Below are positions 18,175 to 25,482 of a DNA stretch of 64,000 nucleotides, in pieces. The DNA comes from Enterobacteria phage RB18. The notes below the pieces were generated by a model. That model worked only from the letters and a program-made list of their open reading frames with translations. It had not been told where the DNA came from and did no database searches. Position 1 is the first letter of the stretch. Each line of letters opens with the position of its first letter. Location of the stretch: the sequence record NC_054906.1; one strand, given 5' to 3'. Position numbers and translations under genes: made by a program.

Positions 18175-18801
18175 TTAATCTCTATTCATAAAAGCATTAA
18201 AAATTTGGTCATCAATAGAAACATTTACTTTAGACTGTTTTTCAGATGGCAATTCATATCCACATATTACAATTTTATGATCAATATCAAAATACACAGA
18301 AGCAATATGATTAATGATATTTTCAGTGAAGTCTAAATCGACATCAATATCTTTTTGACCACAGCCCAAAGGATAAATAATGCGAGTAATTCGATTATCT
18401 TTAACAAATATTCCACCGACATACTCTGTACTGCGTTTAAAGTCTACACGCCGACGAAATGAAAAATATTCAGGCTCTTTATGAGCTCGGCTCATAGGAC
18501 ACAACGAATAACTAGAATAAGAGATGTCAAATCCTACGCCTTCGATATGAGCCAAAGTGTCATGATTAAACCAATTATAATCGTACGCCAAATCCATTAG
18601 ATTATAATATGTAAAAGGCACCGGATTAACATCATTAGTCACAAGCATGTAATTAGCAACTGCTATAATTTCATTGTTTTTAACGAATACAAACCGTGAT
18701 TGATGCGAATGACCTGGACCCGCGTTTTCACGATTAATGATATAACACTGGGCACCTTTATATTTGTATGTATCTTTGCACTTGTGCATTTGATAGAGCA
18801 T
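18175..18801 (-). CDS. hypothetical protein
   Basis: 208 aa ending SIDDQIFNAFMNRD; 3' end lies inside the same 45-nt direct repeat. Confidence 0.5.
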   Translation of the reverse strand: MLYQMHKCKDTYKYKGAQCYIINRENAGPGHSHQSRFVFVKNNEIIAVANYMLVTNDVNPVPFTYYNLMDLAYDYNWFNHDTLAHIEGVGFDISYSSYSLCPMSRAHKEPEYFSFRRRVDFKRSTEYVGGIFVKDNRITRIIYPLGCGQKDIDVDLDFTENIINHIASVYFDIDHKIVICGYELPSEKQSKVNVSIDDQIFNAFMNRD

Positions 18802-19094
18802 TATTCACCTACCACTTCAGCGATGATATTTTTGTTATTAAAGTTTTTATCGCAATACAGAACATAATTATACTGCATTACACCACCAGACTTAAGTTGT
18901 TTTTGCACTTCAGCTTTCATTTCAGGACGATCACGCTCAACGATATTCATAATATCCGCTTCAATTTGAGTTTCAACTTCAGTCTGATCCGCAGTCATAG
19001 ACCATTCGCACAAATCTTTATCATAACCTGCCATAGCAGGCTGAGCAGCGCAAGAAGCTAAAGCAAAAATTGTAGCAAAGATAAATTTTTTCAT
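18801..19094 (-). CDS. predicted lipoprotein
   Basis: 97 aa; signal peptide with lipobox LASC. Confidence 0.55.
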   Translation of the reverse strand: MKKFIFATIFALASCAAQPAMAGYDKDLCEWSMTADQTEVETQIEADIMNIVERDRPEMKAEVQKQLKSGGVMQYNYVLYCDKNFNNKNIIAEVVGE

Positions 19095-19122
19095 GATAAT
19101 CTCCTCAGTAGTTTATGTTTAT

Positions 19123-19152
19123 ATAGTATCTCAATTTCCAACAAAAGTAAAC
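19123..19152 (-). promoter_or_regulatory. early promoter (GTTTAC-18-TACTAT)
   Basis: minus-strand consensus upstream of the lipoprotein gene. Confidence 0.5.
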
Positions 19153-19154
19153 AG

Positions 19155-19454
19155 TTATTTTAAAATTTCTGCGTAATCACATGTTACAAACTGTTTCTCT
19201 AGCTTGACGATTTTACGAAAGTATCTTTTGCATTGGCGAATCTGCCTCTTCGTAGGGCGAACAGCAAACTTAATAAATTCCACTCGACCAAATGGAGGAC
19301 TTTCTTCTGCTGGAATATCTAACACCAATTCCCACGTATCTGCAATAAGTGCTTTGAATTGCGTATTTTTCCTGACGTTATACGGAGTAGGTTTAAATAA
19401 AACAATATGCATATTATCCTCGGCAATCCACTTCACATACTTTCTTGTCATCAA
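19155..19454 (-). CDS. hypothetical protein
   Basis: 99-aa ORF. Confidence 0.5.
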   Translation of the reverse strand: MMTRKYVKWIAEDNMHIVLFKPTPYNVRKNTQFKALIADTWELVLDIPAEESPPFGRVEFIKFAVRPTKRQIRQCKRYFRKIVKLEKQFVTCDYAEILK

Positions 19455-19596
19455 TGAAAGCTTTAACTAATGCTTTATTAACTTCAGCATATTGAGTAGT
19501 AGCCCATTGAACGTCATCTTTCATCATTGTGATTTCTTTAGTAAACATACTTTCGTTCTTAAACCACCCCATAAAAACTACTTTTACCAATTCCAT
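19414..19596 (-). CDS. hypothetical small protein
   Basis: 60-aa ORF overlapping its neighbour. Confidence 0.35.
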   Translation of the reverse strand: MELVKVVFMGWFKNESMFTKEITMMKDDVQWATTQYAEVNKALVKAFIDDKKVCEVDCRG

Positions 19597-19625
19597 AACA
19601 ATCTCCTCATTTAACCAACAAGACT

Positions 19626-19655
19626 ACTATACCATAGTCTTGTCAGCTTGTAAAC
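19626..19655 (-). promoter_or_regulatory. early promoter (GTTTAC-18-TATAGT)
   Basis: minus-strand consensus at the 3' end of gene 41; -10 lies inside the inverted repeat caagacta...tagtcttg. Confidence 0.5.
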
Positions 19656-21082
19656 TAAAATTTTAATTCATTTGCCAAAGCATCTAACTGAGCTCGAGTG
19701 GATTCATTTCTTTGATAGCGATTCTGCTCAGCTTGTATCTGTTGTGAACCTGCTACCTCACTCACTTCAGTTGGAGTAGAATCTTGTTCAATTTCTACCC
19801 ATTTCTGATTTCCTTTTTGAACACCCATCAAAAACTTATTCCATTTGTTCTTATCGCCATATCGTGATTTGATTTGCTTAATGAGTTGTTGTTCAGCAGC
19901 TGCTAGCTCCTCGGTTTCAATGACCGCAAGCATAAAATCGGCTGTTGCTGGAAGACCGGCAGATTCTGCAATATCGCTCATGTTAACATCAGAAGAATCC
20001 CAAGCTTGTTTACCAACCTGTGCTGCAGTCCAAAGAACAGTTTCGGTTTCAACAGCAAGAGCACGCAATTCCTCTGCAATAGCTTTAACAGTTGTGTAAC
20101 TATTTTCTGAATAAACTCTGATGCGACAAGATTTACAAATACCCAGATAGTCGACAATAATGATTGTTGGAACAAAATTCTTCTTGAGCTTCAATTCGTT
20201 TAAAAGTGATCGAAATGTATTAGCATCTGCTCCACCAGTAGGATACTGTTTAACGATTAAACGACCGAGAGTAGATTTCTCACGCCATTTTTCCATTTTT
20301 CCTTTATACTCAGCGTAAGAAATATGCCCATCATCAATGTCATCAAGAGAAACATCAAGCATATTAGCATCAATACGTTTAGCACAGACTTCTTCTGCCA
20401 TTTCCATGGAAATGTAAAGAACATTATGTCCGAGCTGTAAATAATCTGCTGCCAATGAACACAGACCTAATGACTTACCAACGTTAACGCCAGCCATTAA
20501 AACGTTCAGCGTTCCAGTTTCAGCTCCGCCTTTCGTAATTTTGTTTAGAATTCTGAGTTTAAATGGAACCTTACGAGCTTTATTCATATAAGATAGCCAA
20601 CGTGCTTCATAGTCATCCATCCAATCATGACCAACGTAACTATCAAATGAAATTGATAATGCTTGGCGCATGATGTCAGGAATAGCACCAACATCCGGCA
20701 TTTTCTTATTTCGTTTTTCCGGAGGAAGCTCAGCATTAGTTTGAATTTCAATTATTTTAGACGTAGCATTAAACATCGCCCTTTGCTGAACATATTTTTC
20801 TGTTTCTTTTACTAACCAGCTGTGGTCTTCCGGAGAATCGGCTAGTTTTGAAATAAGTGTTTTTACACCAGAATATTCTGTTTCAGTAAATGAACTATTT
20901 TCTAATGCAACATTTAACGCATTGATAGATGGAACGCTATGATACTCATTAACATGGGATTTAATTAATTTGAATGTATTTTTAGCTGGACCACTTTCAA
21001 AATATTCTGAATCCATATATGGCCAAACTTTTGAAAAATAAGCTTGATCAAATATGAGATGAGAAAGAATAATTTCTACCAC
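19655..21082 (-). CDS. 41: replicative DNA helicase gp41 (DnaB-like)
   Basis: 475 aa as in T4; RecA-fold ATPase; position. Confidence 0.9.
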   Translation of the reverse strand: MVEIILSHLIFDQAYFSKVWPYMDSEYFESGPAKNTFKLIKSHVNEYHSVPSINALNVALENSSFTETEYSGVKTLISKLADSPEDHSWLVKETEKYVQQRAMFNATSKIIEIQTNAELPPEKRNKKMPDVGAIPDIMRQALSISFDSYVGHDWMDDYEARWLSYMNKARKVPFKLRILNKITKGGAETGTLNVLMAGVNVGKSLGLCSLAADYLQLGHNVLYISMEMAEEVCAKRIDANMLDVSLDDIDDGHISYAEYKGKMEKWREKSTLGRLIVKQYPTGGADANTFRSLLNELKLKKNFVPTIIIVDYLGICKSCRIRVYSENSYTTVKAIAEELRALAVETETVLWTAAQVGKQAWDSSDVNMSDIAESAGLPATADFMLAVIETEELAAAEQQLIKQIKSRYGDKNKWNKFLMGVQKGNQKWVEIEQDSTPTEVSEVAGSQQIQAEQNRYQRNESTRAQLDALANELKF

Positions 21083-21091
21083 ACTTACTCC

Positions 21092-21454
21092 TTAAAAGAA
21101 TTTAAATTTTTTCTTTGACCTTTTATTAAATGCATCTTGTAGTTGCATTGTAATACATTTTTCTACATGAGGAGCTAACTCAGCTTTTCTTTCTTGGTCA
21201 AGAACAGCAAAGTCCATTACAACCTTTCCATCAACCCAATCTAATTTTGTCACATACACAATGTGTGTAGAACCGTCTTCTAGTTTAATGACAATCTCCT
21301 GGATAACATTTTCCATGGCAGATTTAATTATCTTAAGAGATTCATTAAAAAGACGTTCTTTTCTTTCTTCTTCCCCCTCCGAAGAGGGGGATTCATCGAT
21401 AATTTCTAGATCTAAATCTAAATCATCTTTATTCATTAAATTCTTCCATATCAC
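21092..21454 (-). CDS. 40: acidic protein at the gene 40 position (head vertex assembly chaperone)
   Basis: 120-aa ORF between uvsX and 41, as in T4 gene order. Confidence 0.5.
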   Translation of the reverse strand: MIWKNLMNKDDLDLDLEIIDESPSSEGEEERKERLFNESLKIIKSAMENVIQEIVIKLEDGSTHIVYVTKLDWVDGKVVMDFAVLDQERKAELAPHVEKCITMQLQDAFNKRSKKKFKFF

Positions 21455-22610
21455 TTAACTGCTCGAGGTCAGTTTCTAAATCAGCAGCTGATTTACTTTT
21501 ACTTTCTGGAGATTTAAATTTTTCAACCTTTGAGTTAATCAATTCATCAACTTCAGCTTCAACAATTTCATTACTATCAATAGCACCTAACTGATAAGCA
21601 CGTTTAATAGCATCTCGGAATGGTTGATGCTTAAATAAAGGACCCCAGAATGTAGTGCAGTTGGTATCTTTTGCACGCCAAGATTTTTCTTCGCGAACCA
21701 TCTCGCCGGTTTCTTCATCAAGAAATTCACGAGCATACCAGCCATTTTTAGGTTTTACCACGAATCCTAATTCTAGAGCCATATCTAACAATCCAGAATA
21801 AGGATCGATACCACCGTCAAATTTAACATCAATAAAGAATTTACTTTTTTCTTTAACGGTACGAGATTTTTCTACATTTAGAACAAATTGATACCCCTGA
21901 AGATCAGAACCATCTTTAATTTGACGTTTACCGATAATGAATACAGTATCAGCCGAATACATTACGCCTGTACCACCTGTCATCACGGTTTTACTAAACA
22001 TTTCAATGGTTTCAATTGTATGGTTAACCGCAACGCACGGAATATTTTTAATGCTAAAATAAGGAGTAACAATACGGAATAATGACTTCAGTGATTTAGC
22101 ACGAGTCATATCTGCCACAGATTTTTCATTCAAGGCATCTTCAGTTTCTTTCTTAGAAGCCATATTACCAATTGAGTCGATGAATACTATAACTTTTTCA
22201 CCACGCTCAATAGCTTCAAGCTGATTCACCATATCAATTTTCAGCTGTTCAACTGACTGGATTGGCGTATGAATTACTCGTTCCGGGTCAACTCCCATGG
22301 ATCGCAAATAAGCTGGAGTAATACCAAATTCGCTATCATAGAATAGACAAACCGCGTCAGGATATTTGTTCAAATATGCCGCAACCATAGTCAAAGACAT
22401 ATTTGATTTAAAGTGTTTAGAAGGCCCTGCGAAAATAGTTAAACCAGACTGCATACCGCCATCAATCGCACCAGAAATAGCGATATTAAGCATTGGGATT
22501 TTTGTACGGATTACATCCTTTTCATTAAAGAATTTAGATGTAGTCAGTTCAGCAGTCATTTTAGAAGTGGAAGCTTTAATCAAACGGGATTTTAAATCTG
22601 CAATAGACAT
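21429..22610 (-). CDS. uvsX: UvsX RecA-like recombinase
   Basis: 393 aa; DLKSRLIKASTSK...TAELT.SKFFNEKD matches recalled T4 UvsX. Confidence 0.9.
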   Translation of the reverse strand: MSIADLKSRLIKASTSKMTAELTTSKFFNEKDVIRTKIPMLNIAISGAIDGGMQSGLTIFAGPSKHFKSNMSLTMVAAYLNKYPDAVCLFYDSEFGITPAYLRSMGVDPERVIHTPIQSVEQLKIDMVNQLEAIERGEKVIVFIDSIGNMASKKETEDALNEKSVADMTRAKSLKSLFRIVTPYFSIKNIPCVAVNHTIETIEMFSKTVMTGGTGVMYSADTVFIIGKRQIKDGSDLQGYQFVLNVEKSRTVKEKSKFFIDVKFDGGIDPYSGLLDMALELGFVVKPKNGWYAREFLDEETGEMVREEKSWRAKDTNCTTFWGPLFKHQPFRDAIKRAYQLGAIDSNEIVEAEVDELINSKVEKFKSPESKSKSAADLETDLEQLSDMEEFNE

Positions 22611-22687
22611 TCATTTTTTCCATAGGCATCATTATATTTTCCTCACTGGTTAAAGATAGAGTAATTATAACACAATAAATTTAGGCA

Positions 22688-23536
22688 TTAATCAACTGCT
22701 ATCGGATGAATAGCATTAAACTTATGAAATGCTTCTGATTTTTCTTTGCGCGAAACACACATGCGAAGAACCTTTAATGGCTCGTCTTCTTCACCCAACG
22801 ATTTTCGTTTTTCAATATTAGAAGTTTTCCAACGAGCTTGCTCTGGAAACTCTCTATTGATTTGCTCAAGCGCTCTATTATGTTTAGAATTACTGCGAAT
22901 TGAACTGCACCCGCCAGGAGCTTGTGCTTTTCCAGATACAACTAGATATTTGAACAAGGCCAAATGCGGATAACCTTGATTAATTAAATTGAGAAATGCA
23001 TACATATCTTCGCATAAATCAATTTTTCCATACCCAATTTGTTCTGTAGTAAGTTTTCCGAGGTCATACCATGTATTCGTGAATCCATATGAATTTTCAC
23101 GATAATTACCCCAAGATGAAGTAATTTTAAAAATAGGTAGACGAGCATGGCCATGATAATACCCACAATCCATGGCATCCTCAACATATTGAATCAATTC
23201 ATAGAACTGTTCACGAGTCAATTGATTGACTTTATCTACACAACGACGATCATCTCTTTTTCGCATTGAACTCATACGAATAGTAGTATCATCGTCAATC
23301 ATCCAGATTCGTTGACCTGCATACGTATCAGTAATTGCTTTACGAGTACCGGCAATTCCGTTTACATCATCAGGAATAGTTATAATTTTAGCTCTAGACC
23401 CATAGACATCATAATAAGCTTTTTCTTCGTGTTCACGCACTACAATATGAGGTTCATAATCAGTCGGAAACATATCAAGGGCAGAAACTGCCCCGACACG
23501 CTGATAACTTGGAATTACGAATTGAATCATTTCCAC
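22688..23536 (-). CDS. GT-A glycosyltransferase at the beta-gt locus (possibly beta-glucosyl-HMC-alpha-glucosyltransferase type)
   Basis: 282 aa with DXD-type motif IWMIDDDTTI; sits where T4 has the 351-aa beta-gt. Confidence 0.5.
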   Translation of the reverse strand: MEMIQFVIPSYQRVGAVSALDMFPTDYEPHIVVREHEEKAYYDVYGSRAKIITIPDDVNGIAGTRKAITDTYAGQRIWMIDDDTTIRMSSMRKRDDRRCVDKVNQLTREQFYELIQYVEDAMDCGYYHGHARLPIFKITSSWGNYRENSYGFTNTWYDLGKLTTEQIGYGKIDLCEDMYAFLNLINQGYPHLALFKYLVVSGKAQAPGGCSSIRSNSKHNRALEQINREFPEQARWKTSNIEKRKSLGEEDEPLKVLRMCVSRKEKSEAFHKFNAIHPIAVD

Positions 23537-24268
23537 TCACCTTTATAGTCTTTTTTCACAATATGAGTTTCGCCAGTATTCCACCAATGATCAACCAAGT
23601 AAAAATGACGAGAATATACATGAAGACTTCCGACATTCCATATAATAGAACCTGCTTTATACTGACGAGTTGAATCGCCTGCATTCAAATCAGATACTAA
23701 TTTATCTAATACGTATTTTTGCCATGCATAATCATTGCGGAATCCGAAGACCACGTCATTTGAGCGCATGCTTACTACTGCATTGACTTTCTTATCACGA
23801 ATCAGGTACTGTACTGTATTAGTACACATGAAATCTGACATACCATCTTTATTGTAGTCAAACTGCATAGATGGACGAGTATAAATCATGATACCACGTC
23901 GAGAATCAGGATTTTGACCAAGTTCAGCTAAACACATATCATACTGGGCATAGTTATCTTCTGACCAGATAGCCCAACCATAATTCGAGTTAATTTCACC
24001 TTTAGAAGATGCTACTTGTTGCCAAATCTTCGGTGTTTCACCCGGAATATCTTTAACGAACAAGCTCTTAGATTTATACCATTCAAGTTCACGCTGAATG
24101 TATTCATCATTAAGAGCGCCAAAAATAAACGGTTCATCTGCTACAAATGATGCGCCAATAATTTCAATAGTTTTAACACCAGTTTTATCAACTACGAAAT
24201 CTTTTTCTTTTTAATGCAAGCCCCAAATGAAGACGGATTTCTTCAACTGTCATAGAGTCACTAATCAT
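23527..24268 (-). pseudogene. 42: dCMP hydroxymethylase gene 42 with apparent +1 frameshift
   Basis: ATG at 24268 reads MISDSMTVEEIRLHLGLALK then stops; the remaining 178 codons lie in another frame; the shift is in an A5-G-A5 run at about 24208..24212. Confidence 0.65.
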
Positions 24269-24275
24269 TTAAACC

Positions 24276-24425
24276 TCAATTGATACATTCATATTTAACT
24301 TGTAACAGTAATAAACCCCAACCTAAAATAATAGTTGGAATCATAAGAGGAACCGTTACACTATAGTATATACTTATTATAATCATCAAGATTAAAAGCA
24401 ATGCTGCTATAATTTTGCTTTTCAT
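24276..24425 (-). CDS. small hydrophobic membrane protein (49 aa), absent from the ORF track
   Basis: ATGA overlap with the imm stop; MKSKIIAALLLILMIIISIYYSVTVPLMIPTIILGWGLLLLQ. Confidence 0.4.
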   Translation of the reverse strand: MKSKIIAALLLILMIIISIYYSVTVPLMIPTIILGWGLLLLQVKYECIN

Positions 24426-24673
24426 TCCTTCTCTCTGATGATAATTACCTGATTTGGCTGCGCAGACTTTTTAGTTTCACCTGCAATTGACCAAATAAAT
24501 GTAATAAACCAACCAATAATTGACCAGTTAAACAGTAAAGACGTGAAAAAGATTCCTACTGTCGATTTTGACCCACGCATCAAGGCGATAAACCATGGAA
24601 GCATGTATATAATAATAGCCAACACGCCTGAAACTAAAACCATAAAAATTGAACCTGCTACTAAAGTTTCCAT
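24422..24673 (-). CDS. imm: Imm immunity (superinfection exclusion) membrane protein
   Basis: 83 aa as in T4; two transmembrane segments. Confidence 0.8.
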   Translation of the reverse strand: METLVAGSIFMVLVSGVLAIIIYMLPWFIALMRGSKSTVGIFFTSLLFNWSIIGWFITFIWSIAGETKKSAQPNQVIIIREKE

Positions 24674-24680
24674 GTTTTCC

Positions 24681-25061
24681 TCACTTAGTCAAATTTTTTA
24701 CACATGAATTATAAGAATTCACTACATACTCCATCGGAGCATTTTTACCTGTGCGCCATTGGTAATTATTAGCCCAATTTGCCCAAAGCACAGCGCAGTA
24801 GTTTTCAATTTTTTCTTCGCGTGTAATTACATCTGAATTACGATATGCTTGAGCAGATTCATCTGGACGAATAGCTTCGTCAAAATTCGCCTGCATTTGT
24901 TCTACTGTCTGTTTTGGAGCTTCTTTATAACACTTGACATTAGGATTATAAAACTTGCTTGAACAGTTTACAATTTTTCCTACATCAGACTGATTTACTA
25001 CCGGTCCTTGAGCTACACAACCAGTAAGACCTAATGCAATAACCAAAATAGCGATTTTCAT
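24681..25061 (-). CDS. predicted lipoprotein
   Basis: 126 aa; signal peptide with lipobox LTGC. Confidence 0.55.
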   Translation of the reverse strand: MKIAILVIALGLTGCVAQGPVVNQSDVGKIVNCSSKFYNPNVKCYKEAPKQTVEQMQANFDEAIRPDESAQAYRNSDVITREEKIENYCAVLWANWANNYQWRTGKNAPMEYVVNSYNSCVKNLTK

Positions 25062-25071
25062 AATAATTTCC

Positions 25072-25302
25072 TCAAATGCAAGTAGTAATTACTCCAGTAG
25101 TGCTTACACAGGTATTACCTAATTGAACACCCAGCGTTCCATTAGTATTCATATGAAGATTATCATCAATTTTTGTTGATACTTTACCATTCATGTGAAT
25201 AACAGTATTAGATTCAATCACATTCTGAGTATCATTTTCAATAAATGGAACAGTTGCTAATGCAACTAAACACACTGCTAAGCAACCATAAACAATTTTC
25301 AT
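25072..25302 (-). CDS. small secreted protein
   Basis: 76 aa from the internal ATG (GGAG RBS); signal peptide; leader is a copy of the repeated promoter cassette. Confidence 0.5.
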   Translation of the reverse strand: MKIVYGCLAVCLVALATVPFIENDTQNVIESNTVIHMNGKVSTKIDDNLHMNTNGTLGVQLGNTCVSTTGVITTCI

Positions 25303-25336
25303 TTTATTCTCCAAATCCGTATCAGTTGATAGTTGT

Positions 25337-25366
25337 ATAGTACCACAGAGGAACGGTCTTGTAAAC
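25337..25366 (-). promoter_or_regulatory. early promoter, repeated cassette copy A
   Basis: GTTTAC-18-TACTAT on minus strand with the conserved core gatagttgtatagtacca. Confidence 0.55.
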
Positions 25367-25450
25367 CGTTTTGTGAAAAATTTTTAATGAATCCAAAGGG
25401 TCCAGAATCATCTGTTTTTCATAAGTATAGATTTATATTACTTGTATGAA

Positions 25451-25472
25451 AAAGGGACCCGGAGGTCCCCAG
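25451..25472 (-). terminator. intrinsic terminator after gene 43
   Basis: gggacc-cgga-ggtccc hairpin; minus strand follows with TTTTTC. Confidence 0.6.
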
Positions 25473-25482
25473 ATTTATTCTA

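Noticed and set aside
22611-22687. Promoter assignment in the uvsX upstream gap (a TATAAT-like motif is present)
   Set aside because: No convincing GTTTAC or MotA box at the correct spacing; left unannotated rather than forcing a call.
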